Positions 26,272 to 35,819 of a stretch of DNA of 64,000 nucleotides are shown piece by piece (the first letter of the stretch is position 1; every line of letters starts with the position of its first letter). Position numbers and translations under genes: made by a program. Origin of the DNA: Antedon mediterranea (lineage: Eukaryota > Animalia > Echinodermata). The DNA is taken from the NCBI RefSeq assembly GCF_964355755.1, contig NC_092678.1, positions 17,997,365 through 18,061,364 on the forward strand, written 5' to 3'. Under the pieces are notes generated by a model. It ran no database searches and was not told the origin of the DNA. It saw only the letters and a list, made by a program, of their open reading frames with translations.

Positions 26272-29160
26272 CATTAATGAATCAAAATCACTGTTGAGTT
26301 GAAACATGCAATGGAGTGAAATATTAGGCCATCTATTTACATTCATATTTATAACACGTTTGAGGTATTTGATTTTAGTAATTTCATGTGTTTTTGATAA
26401 TGGACTCCATCCTAAATCACCATATAGTGCTTGTTGCGGTGTGCATCTCGGAGCTTTTAGCAGGAATCTGGCCATTTGTAGCTGTAATTTTTCTAAATTG
26501 TAAATATCGCTTTTTGAATTACAGTGCCATACACCACATGCATAGTTAATCGAGGGAAGTGCAATTGTTTTCCATAGGATATTCCCGAAATAGACCCTAT
26601 TGAAATCATCAAGATTTCCTATTATACCTTTAATATATGCGATTAGACGATTTCCTTTTTGTATAACATGTTGGTAGTGACCATGCTCTTTTTGATTTGC
26701 ACAAATTATTACACCTAGATATTTATAATTGTTTACCTCAGTTATAAATTCATCTCCAATTTTCCATTTTTTATCACGATTGACACGTTTCCCAGTAACC
26801 ATTACATTAGATTTGTCATAATTGAAGCTTAACTTCCACTCCTTTGCATATTTCCCTGCAATATCCAGCATTTTTAACATTTCAAATTCATTATTAGCTA
26901 GCAAAACAACATCATCGGCCCAAAAGAGGCCACCCATCCATGAACCATTCATTCTAACTCCTAAATCATTACTACGGAGCATTTTAACAAATTCATTTAT
27001 GAAGATACAAAATAATATTGGGGATAAAACGCATCCCTGTTTTACACCCTTATTTACATTAAATTGATCTGTAAGATCATTCCCCATTCTAACCTTTGCT
27101 TTGACATTACTATACAAACACTTAATGATTCGCCAAACCTTTCCCCTTATTCCGACATCCCACGCTGATTTTAATAGGCCTTCACGCCACACACTGTCAA
27201 AAGCTTTTCGGAAGTCCAGGAAGGCTAGATATGTATTTTTCCCTTCTTTTGTTCGACATGTTAGAATACTTTTAAGGGTAAAAATATGATCTTCACATCT
27301 ATGTTGTGATCTAAAGCCTCCCTGGACTTCCGAGAGCAGATCTTCTTTTTCAATGAAACTAGAGATATGCATAGAAATAACTCTGTTAAATATTTTTGAT
27401 ATACATGAAGTTAGTGAAATACCTCTATAGTTGTTTAAATCTGCTTTGTCCCCTTTTTTAAAGATTGGAACAATTATACTCAAGTTCCATTCACTTGGGA
27501 TCTTTTCAATTTGAATTAATTTGTTAAATAACTGCATTAGAGACATTACAATTGCATTACCACCATTTTTAAGAAGTTCGTTCGTAATATTGTCAACTCC
27601 TGGTGCTTTATTATTTTTTGCAGCCAACAATGCTTCCCGTATTATCTGTAGATCCATTATTATATCTGTTAACAGGTTTTGATTATCATTGTTATTGTCA
27701 TGAGTATTGTAAGATCTATTGTACAATTCATTAACTTCTCTGTTTATTAGATAGGAAAAGCAATCTTTATCTGTGTTAGGCTCACCAAGATTTTCCCAGT
27801 ATTTTTTAGCATTGTCCAAAATTTCTTTTTTGTCTGTAATAATTTCCCCTGAATCTAAAGATTTAATACAAGTGATACCTGATTTGTGTTTTCCATCAGC
27901 ACTTTTTAAGATATTCCAGAAGTTCCTGCAGGAAGGCCCCCCTTTATTTGCAATTTCAACAGATTTATTAACTCCACTCTCTATAATTTTCCTAGCAATT
28001 AAATTTTTTACGTAGATTCTTTTTTTCTGGTACGTTTGCCATAATGTTTCATTGTGGTTTTTATTCGAACCAGTTTTAGTACTGTATCTATGTTCTCTTG
28101 CAGCTTTTCTTCTCTCCATAATTGCGGATTTTATTTCATTATCAAACCAATGTTTTTGTTTTTTGTTTATTTGTTTAGTTCCTATGCCTTTCTTTGCTGC
28201 GTCTATTACAATTTTCTTCCAAGAATCCCACAGAATATCTACGTCATTAAATTTTTCTATGTCCCAATTTGCAAAAGCTTCTTGGAGATTTTGCTGATAA
28301 TTTGAGTAGTCCTGTAAGTTTTTTATGTTCCATATATGGTTTTTTGTTTCATTGTTTCTAATTTTAGATTGGCTCATATTGGGTTCTAGTTCTAATAATA
28401 ATGTATTATGGTCACTTCCTGTGCCAAGTTTTCTATCTTCATCTATAATAAATTTAGCAACATAACTAATAATATTTCTTAAACACAACATGTAATCGAT
28501 CGTACTTTTCTGATAACCCCTACACCAAGTTATTGTACCCTCACAAAAAATAGTACAATTCAAGATTGTCATATTTGAATCATCTCTGAAATTTAGTAAA
28601 CCTTTTCCATTGTTATTAACATCAGGGTCACCATTAGGTATATTATGACCAATGTGACCATTGAAATCGCCCATTATTATAATGGATGAGTCACTGTCTT
28701 TGTTTTCTAGTTGAATAACTTCTGATAAAAGCTGGTTATATAATTCATTAGACTTATCAGTATCAGCCCCATCTACTGGGAAATAAACAACAGAGATAAA
28801 TAAAGTACCACAATCATTGAATTTAACTTTAACCCATAGCCTTTCAAAATCGTCATCTTTACACTTAAATACATCATCGTCTAAAATAATAATATTATTT
28901 GAAATGAAGGCTCCTATTCCCCCACCTCCCTTATTTTTTCTGTTTTTACCTATCCATTTATAACCACTTATATTCATATAAGAATCATTTTTTAGAAAGG
29001 TTTCTGCAATTCCAAAAACTTGTATATTATTTTGTACAATAATATCTGATATTTCCTTAATTTTAGCTTTTGTTAAGTGATTAACATTGTTAAAAGCTAA
29101 TTTAATGTTATCATTACGTATATTAGTATTACTATTTTGGAATTTTTTCTTAGATTTTTT
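26257..29160 (-). CDS. LINE ORF2 main part: apurinic-like endonuclease + reverse transcriptase (frame open from 29160; first ATG at 28977)
   Basis: APE motifs FNNVN, GIAETF, GGGIG, VYFP, IIMGDFNGH, STIDY, SDHN; RT motifs KAPGVDNI, IFKKGD..NYRGISL, QGGFR, FLDFRKAFDSV, GVKQGCVLSPILF, FWADD, YKYLGV. 61 extra open codons upstream of the ATG contain the first APE motifs. Confidence 0.95.
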   Translation of the reverse strand, partial: KKSKKKFQNSNTNIRNDNIKLAFNNVNHLTKAKIKEISDIIVQNNIQVFGIAETFLKNDSYMNISGYKWIGKNRKNKGGGGIGAFISNNIIILDDDVFKCKDDDFERLWVKVKFNDCGTLFISVVYFPVDGADTDKSNELYNQLLSEVIQLENKDSDSSIIIMGDFNGHIGHNIPNGDPDVNNNGKGLLNFRDDSNMTILNCTIFCEGTITWCRGYQKSTIDYMLCLRNIISYVAKFIIDEDRKLGTGSDHNTLLLELEPNMSQSKIRNNETKNHIWNIKNLQDYSNYQQNLQEAFANWDIEKFNDVDILWDSWKKIVIDAAKKGIGTKQINKKQKHWFDNEIKSAIMERRKAAREHRYSTKTGSNKNHNETLWQTYQKKRIYVKNLIARKIIESGVNKSVEIANKGGPSCRNFWNILKSADGKHKSGITCIKSLDSGEIITDKKEILDNAKKYWENLGEPNTDKDCFSYLINREVNELYNRSYNTHDNNNDNQNLLTDIIMDLQIIREALLAAKNNKAPGVDNITNELLKNGGNAIVMSLMQLFNKLIQIEKIPSEWNLSIIVPIFKKGDKADLNNYRGISLTSCISKIFNRVISMHISSFIEKEDLLSEVQGGFRSQHRCEDHIFTLKSILTCRTKEGKNTYLAFLDFRKAFDSVWREGLLKSAWDVGIRGKVWRIIKCLYSNVKAKVRMGNDLTDQFNVNKGVKQGCVLSPILFCIFINEFVKMLRSNDLGVRMNGSWMGGLFWADDVVLLANNEFEMLKMLDIAGKYAKEWKLSFNYDKSNVMVTGKRVNRDKKWKIGDEFITEVNNYKYLGVIICANQKEHGHYQHVIQKGNRLIAYIKGIIGNLDDFNRVYFGNILWKTIALPSINYACGVWHCNSKSDIYNLEKLQLQMARFLLKAPRCTPQQALYGDLGWSPLSKTHEITKIKYLKRVINMNVNRWPNISLHCMFQLNSDFDSLMNTTF

Positions 29161-29169
29161 TTAGATTAA

Positions 29170-29460
29170 TATGTCAATATCAATCCCATCCCCTACTTTT
29201 CAACATTCGATTCATGGTTTTTGATTATCTTTATTCTCTCAACGTCATAATTTATCATCTAAATTTATCCTATCATTATTATCACTTTTAGCGTCATCTC
29301 CCATTAATATTAGTCATTAACATCCCTGTCCTCAATCATCACTAGCATTAATTTCATCATTATCCAGTATTGTTATCATTAATTCGCATTAGCGCATTGT
29401 CATTGTTTTCATCATCTGTCATCACACGCGCAGCATCATCATTGTATTGAAGTTTTAGCT
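29170..29460 (-). repeat. Degenerate (GAT/AAT)-rich low-complexity tract, probable RTE 3' tail derivative
   Basis: Dense ATC/ATT triplets on + strand, directly 3' (on - strand) of the RTE C-terminus; no long ORF. Confidence 0.5.
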
Positions 29461-29489
29461 ACGGTTGCTTGTTTTCCAATCCTCGGAAG

Positions 29490-30790
29490 AGCCGGGACAG
29501 TATTTCCTTTCTCTCCGGGAGCATAAGGCATATTTTAATGTATTTCTGCCCTCCACACTTCCCTGTCTGCCGCTGTCCACGTCCTGATCCGTAGATGGTT
29601 TCTATCCCTTCAACCCTTCTCCATTTTCCTTGCGGTCTTCTCACTCTTGCCTAGCCTTCAGGTAGGCCTAAACCCATATCAGTGCTTTTGCATGCTGACC
29701 AAGTCTTGACCCGTAGATGTTTTCTTTCCTTTCAATCCTTCTCCATTTTTCTTGCAGTCTTCTCACTCTTGCCTAGCCTTCAGGTAGGCCTAAACCCATA
29801 TCAGTGCTGTTGCATGCTGTCCACGTCCTGACCCGTAGATGATTTCTATCTTTTCAATCCTTCTCCATTTTTCTTGAGGTCTTCTCACTCTTGTTTTGCC
29901 TTCAGGTAGGCCTAAACCCATATCAGTGCTGTTGCATGCTGACCAAGTCCTGACCCGTAGATGGTTTCTTTCCTTTCAATCCTTCTCCATTTTTTTTGCA
30001 GTCTTCTCACTCTTGCCTAGCCTTCAGGTAGGCCTAAACCCACATCAGTACTGTTGCATGCTGTCCACGTCCTGACCCGTAGATGATTTCTATCCTTTCA
30101 ATCCTTCTCCATTTTTCTTGAGGTCTTCTCACTCTTGTTTTGCCTTCAGGTAGGCCTAAACCCATATCAATGCTGTTGCATGCTGACCAAGTCCTGACCC
30201 GTAGATGGTTTGTTTCCTTTCAATCCTTCTCCATTTTTCTTGCGGTTTTCTCACTCTTGCCTAGCCGTCAGGTAGGCCTAAACCCATACCAGTGCTGTTG
30301 CATGCTGACCAATTGACCCGTAGATGGTTTCTCTCCTTTCAATCCTTCTCCATTTTTCTTGAGGTCTTCTCACTCTTGTCTTGCCTTCAGGTAGGCCTAA
30401 ACCCGTATCAGTGCTGTTGCATGCTGTCCACGTCCTAACCCGTAGATGGTTTCTTTCCTTTCAGTTCTTCCCAAGTTTTCTTTAGGTCTTTTCACTATTG
30501 CCTTGCCTTCAGGTAGGCCTACACCCATATCAGTGCTATTGTATAATGTATCATTCTGGTTTTATTCTCAATACATATCCGATCCATTCCATCTTCTCCT
30601 CTTGACTATTTCACTTATTGCTGATTTGTGCCTGTTGTCTCATTTGGTCCTTTGGTTTTCTTATTTGTCAGTGTACACTTTCATGCATGCTTTGTGAAAA
30701 ACATGGCAGGTCTTTCCTTATCACCTTTATTTATTTTCCATGTTTCGCTACCATATAAAAGTACGCTTATCACATTGGATAAAATCCTGA
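29490..30790 (-). mobile_element. Decayed RTE-clade LINE fragment (ORF2 C-terminal region) with internal tandem amplification
   Basis: - strand translations SNVISVLLYGSETWKINKGDK (~30717-30780), AISEIVKRRRW..IGYVLR (~30565-30620), ATALIWV/PEGK..VRRPQEKWRR (repeat unit) and TAADREVWR/ALCS (~29510-29575) follow the order of the RTE ORF2 C-terminus. Confidence 0.8.
29570..30540. repeat. Tandem array, 8 copies of a 122-bp unit with dimer-like alternation
   Basis: Anchor CCGTAGATG at 29589, 29711, 29833, 29955, 30077, 30199, 30318, 30440 (spacing 122, once 119); GACCAAGT and GTCCACGT variants mostly alternate. Confidence 0.97.
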
Positions 30791-31231
30791 CCTATACCAG
30801 GTTGTATCTCATCTGATGAATGTTGCTACTCTACTAAAACCTTTATTTAAATGAGACTTGAATTTACTTATCCATCATATATAATTTACTCCCGCTCAGA
30901 CACTTATTTAAGAGGAAATGTTGTCGAGTTTCGAAGCTGCTGTACATTTATGACATACTGTAGTCATCAGAAGTTATAAGTAATAACAAGAAAAACATAG
31001 GCTTATAAACAGTTTATATATTTTAAATGTGTTCATAATCCGTGTAACGTATGCGTGTGTATATCTGTGTATCGCTTAAGCCAGCTACATTGGTAACAGT
31101 TTGATGTTCACAAAGTATTAGTCGACACTAAGCCCTGATTTAAATCTCATAATTCATGTTTCATTAGTTATTTGTGACGTAAAACATAGATCATGTAGTA
31201 TCATAGTACCGTAGTGTCATGGCAAATAGTT

Positions 31232-31684
31232 AGCTCTAGATTCCCACTTAAGCGTGGTTCCCACTAGCGACGCAACACAAGGACGTAACGCAACGCAAGT
31301 GAATTGACCAATCACAAGCGATGGCTTATTCGCTTGTGATTGCTAACTGTCTATAACTTCGCTTGTCATTGGTTAAAACGCTTGCGTTGCGTTTACGTCC
31401 TTGCGTTACGTTTTAGTGGGAACCAAGCTTTAGAGACGCAACGCAAGCGAGTTGACTATTGACAAGCTACAGTTCAAATAATGCATATCTCTAAAGCTTG
31501 GTTCCCACTTGGACGCAAACGCAATGACGTAGGCGCAAAGGAAGAGAGTTGACTAATCACAAGCGAATCCATCGCTTGTGATTGGTCAAAATCACTCACG
31601 TTACGCTTACGTCCTTCTGTAACATCTCTGATGGGAACCGAACATTATACGTATCTGCGTTGTGTCTGTAGTGGGATCCAAGCA
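31232..31684. mobile_element. Nested cluster of three family A MITEs (inner copies 31251-31429 and 31495-31644)
   Basis: Inner copy 31251-31429 has TSD TTA/TTA and splits the outer TTCCCAC|GAGACGCAACGC; the outer copy ends GTAGTGGGATCCAAGCA. Confidence 0.88.
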
Positions 31685-33196
31685 TTATGGGTATATGAAT
31701 GTGGAGAATGGCTCGCATTTATATTTTTTAACAATTCGCTTTATTCTAGATAAAGTAAACATTAGATGGCATGAAATGCTAGAATAGACTTGAACGGCGC
31801 CGTCTTCCGTTGCGAAACAGAACAAGTGTAAATGCACCTTTAAACTAGTTTATCGAGGTTCTGCCCTTTTAATGTTGAGTGATTGATAGGCAAATGGGTG
31901 GCTGCTGCGTGTGTAAATTGCACGTAGGCATTCCGAATGTTTGATGAGTGTGTCCAGTGCACTTAAGATCAGAAGTGCTATGATTCAGTTTCGTGACATG
32001 TGTGTTAAATTCATTTTGATGAGAATTTAAGTCATTTTAATGGTTCACTTCATCAGCATATTTAGTACGCAATACGTTCATATACAAACCTGTAATCAAA
32101 TCGTTCGATTTGAGATAGTTTTATTGCTATAACCTATAACTTAACATTTAAAGGGTAGCTCCGGGTTTTAGAATTGCCATTGCTTACGGTATCGAATATA
32201 GGAATAAAAACACCCCCCCCCCCCCTCACCCACACGCACCCACACACCACCACCTGTATAACAACATTGTGCAGCGAAGCAGATAGAGATCGTAGAAATT
32301 GTTTTACGATGATTTCTTTAAAATATGATCCTACACTTACTTTTTCGTATTGCAGCTTAGCTTAGTCAGTTTGACCTCCCGTCACGCTTCATTGCTTGTC
32401 GTAACCGGAAGGTGCCTGTTTGACTACAAACAATGAACCTTGGATGAGCTAGGCTAAGTTTAAAACTTCGGTCTCTGCGCGTAAAATCAATTATTGCGGG
32501 CGACGATTGTACAGTCCCTGGTCTTTTGTTATCTAATGCGTTCTAATATAGAAATTTGTTTGTTTACTTTAGAAAGATAATTACGAATCAATTGTACTTA
32601 CCATTTAAATATTATGTTTGTAGATAGAAATTGTATTTATTTTCAATAATTAATCGTTGTTCGGTTACCTACCTAAAAATAGCATTTTTCTATATATGTT
32701 ATTTTGATTTATATACTTTTTTTTTAACAAATGCCTCAAATTCACATAAAAGTCAATTGGTGATTCCCTATTTTATAGCATTACGAACATGTTATGTTGC
32801 ACCTAATCAGATAATAATGGTGTGAACATGCCTACAATGGTTTAAACTATTCTTTTTATACCATACATTGAAAATGTCATGTGTGTAAACAATATTGGGG
32901 CCTATACGACGCTATTATTAAATATGAATATTTACATTTTGAAATGTTCTAATCTTTTAATTGCGTGTTGTTTAACTGCTTTAGCTATGGTGATATTGTA
33001 TATATACACCCTCTGTTGCACTAAGGTTTACATGATTTTGACACAGCTGTTCAGTTAGTATACGCTCGGTAATAAATATTTCATTTCTCAATGGAATACT
33101 GTAAACATGTCGTAAAGCACAATGTTCCTTATGTTTTATTTGATCAGAACATACATAGAATAAACTTTATCATAATTCACGGATCGTGCCATCTAA

Positions 33197-33462
33197 AGTC
33201 TGGTTTCCATAAAATCGCTACACCGTTTCCATTGAAATCGCTACACGCGCAGATGTCGCCGACGCGCATCGGGGAGGTCTCCCCGATTCATCGCAGACAA
33301 ATCGGCGAAGTTCAACCATGTTCAACTTTGCCGATTTTGTCGGCGATGAGTCATATACGCGTGTACCAAAGAATATTTAGCGCTCGCGTACTAGATCCCC
33401 GATAAATTCTAGCGTTTCCATAGAATCGCTACGCTCTGTAGCGAATTTATGGAAACCAGGCT
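33197..33462. mobile_element. MITE family C (Harbinger-type), 266 bp
   Basis: 26-bp TIRs AGTCTGGTTTCCATAAAATCGCTACA / TGTAGCGAATTTATGGAAACCAGGCT; flanks TAA / TTA; internal copies of GTTTCCAT..AATCGCTAC. Confidence 0.88.
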
Positions 33463-33670
33463 TTACTAGACGTGGAGATTGTTATTAAATAACAAACATT
33501 TTAACATTTTCTTAAACTTTTTAGGGACCATGTCAATATTATTCTGCTGCAGTTGCTGCAGTAAATACATTTTAAATGCTACAATATCTAATATTAGTTT
33601 TGTTATTAGTTTGTAAGGCGATAGTATGTATGATTCATTGAAGATTGGATAAGCAGTTTAAAGGAGATAG

Positions 33671-33799
33671 CGCTTGGTCTCCACTTGAACGCAACGCAAC
33701 GACGAGGACGCAACACGTCAGTTGACTAATCACAAGTCATAGTTTGAATGATCCATCGGGTCGTGATTACTTACGTTACGTCCTAGTGGAAACCAAGCT
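33671..33799. mobile_element. MITE family A, degenerate copy
   Basis: GCTTGGTCTCCACTTG ... CTAGTGGAAACCAAGCT. Confidence 0.75.
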
Positions 33800-34723
33800 T
33801 GAACACAAGCTAATGTAGTAGAATTATGTTGACATGGTCCCTAGAAATTGTTTGAAGTGATTCCATGGTATTTAGTGTTAGATCGTGTTCCCAGTAGTAA
33901 TCCAATTAAAATTCCACGTAATCAGTATTATTTAAATTGACGTGTTTATTTGCTTCCTGTTAGTAGCTGGAGGTTGAGAAATAGTATTTGTCCGAGGTAC
34001 TGCAGGTATGCCGTATTTTGCATAACAATTTTAGAGGGAGCTATAACGCATTGCCTACGGCAAAATCTTGTGACAAGATCCGGGGACAAGATATCGCCAA
34101 ATAGGGAGTACTAACCGCCCCCTCCCAAATCCCTCAAACAAAAATTCGTGTAAAAGTAAAGATTTAAAACGAGACATTATACTGCACACCTTATAAATGG
34201 CGGGAATTTCAATACATTCAGCACGTGCGCGGCGTAGCGGTTTTATGTTATAATCAAAACATCGTCTGCACCTAACTAAATTACTAAGCAAACGGACAAA
34301 ATGTCTTCTACTGTACGTTAATCTCTCTCGTGAGTCTATTAAAAATTCGATGTGCGTCAATCCGTCAATAAAAGTTTACAATTGTGACCCTTTTCTTCGA
34401 ATGTCCTATATTTCTGTATATATATCTTACCTGTATGTAATGCAGAATCTTTAAGTTATAGACCACGTGATAAGACTCCGGGTTGGTCGTTTTTATACGA
34501 TAAATATACATCTATGAAACCAAATCAAATTACATTTCGTGAATCGAATGAAGTATTTAACAACGTAATGATTTTTTTTTTATTTTTACGGTTACATTTC
34601 AAATCTTCCTTTAGTACGTGATATGACCATGTAGATTTTATACAATTTCTGAATATTTTATTGCATAATGGAGACAAGGAACATTGTATCAGACTCTGGT
34701 AGATGGTTGCTATGTTTACGATC

Positions 34724-35180
34724 GACTGGTTGGTTGACTGGTTGGTTGACTGTTTGGTTGACTGGTGAGTTGACTGGTGAGTTGACTGGTTGGTTGAATG
34801 GTGGGTTAACTGGTGAGCTGACTGGTTGGTTGACTAGTTGGTTAACTGGTGAGTTGACTGGTGAGTTGACTGGTGAGTTGACTGGTTGGTTGACTGGTTG
34901 GTTGACTGGTGAGTTGACTGGTTGGTTGACTGGTGAGTTGACTGGTGAGTTGACTGGTTGGTTGACTGGTTGGTTCCCTGGTGGGTTGACTAGTTGGTTG
35001 ACTGATTGGTTGACTAATTGGTTAACTAATTGGTTGACTAGATGGTTGACTGGTTAATTGATTAATTGGTTGACTAGTTGGTTGACTAATTGTTTGACTG
35101 GTTAATTGACTAATTGGTTGACTGGTTTATTGACTGGTTGATTGACTTGTTGATTGAATTATTGGTTGACTGATTGGTAG
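34724..35180. repeat. Degenerate 12-bp repeat (GTTGACTGGTTG / GTTGACTGGTGA)
   Basis: Direct reading; source of the LTGW-repeat ORF artefact. Confidence 0.95.
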
Positions 35181-35819
35181 TTAGTTTGTTTGGCAGTTAT
35201 ATTGAAGGAGGTGGAGTGTTAGTTGTTGGCAGTTTTTTAGTAACGTTGTTTTTAAATTCAATGTATGTCAGCCTCATTGTAATTCTGTTTTTTTTTTTTC
35301 ATTATATTTTTTTACGGCCCGAGTGAATAATTATTGCCTCCTTTAAATTTAAAAGTTAATTACAACATAACCTGCGTCCTCATTACAAAAATATATATAA
35401 ATTACCTAAGATATAAGTTTAATGTTCTGTAATAACAGGGCAATGACTCCACTACATTGGAATTAACCATCGAATAAAAATTCTACATTTATGGAAATAA
35501 ATAAACGAATAGAACATAAATTTGAGAAACAAAAAGGTTAACGGTCTTGCTTAATAGCAACATGTATGACAGATATGTTCATTGGAACATCAGCTGATAT
35601 GCAGTGTGCAATAGCGTAATGCAGTTTCGCATATCAAGTATACTTTTACAAAACATGAAACTCATAAGGAATCTAAAAGAAGCGGGAGAAGTTGGTTTAA
35701 GACCGCGTATAAACAGCTGATGGCGGAGGTAATTCATCTTGTACAGAGCCTAGAAAAGGGTAATTAATGTCTACGGTACGTTTTAATCTAGCCCTAATGG
35801 ACTTTTTTACATGTTGTAA

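Larger units (their letters stand above)
25351..29160 (-). mobile_element. Non-LTR retrotransposon (LINE), RTEX-like; essentially complete ORF2 plus 3' UTR, ORF1 absent (probably 5'-truncated)
   Basis: APE+RT ORF; C-terminal CxxC-x8-HF-x3-C motif (CTICQSGEIENVQHFLFNC) typical of RTEX; 3' end on - strand has stem-loop GCACCGTCATAAAACGTGTGC, AATAAA and an (AAGTT)n tail ending ~25351; possible TSD TTAGATTAA at 25346-25354 and 29161-29169. Confidence 0.93.

Noticed and set aside
25692-28305. Short + strand ORFs inside the LINE
   Set aside because: Antisense shadows of ORF2
29170-29644. Possible ORF1 of the RTEX-like element
   Set aside because: Multiple stops in all frames, no esterase/PHD motifs; better explained as RTE C-terminus plus low-complexity tail
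34668-35057. 129-aa LTGW/LTGE repeat ORF, superficially LRR-like
   Set aside because: Comes from a 12-bp simple repeat that continues past the stop; no LRR consensus
35615-35760. 49-codon open stretch (RNAVSHIKYTF...QSLEKG) ending at a possible donor
   Set aside because: Weak acceptor and no recognisable homology; cannot be supported as an exon
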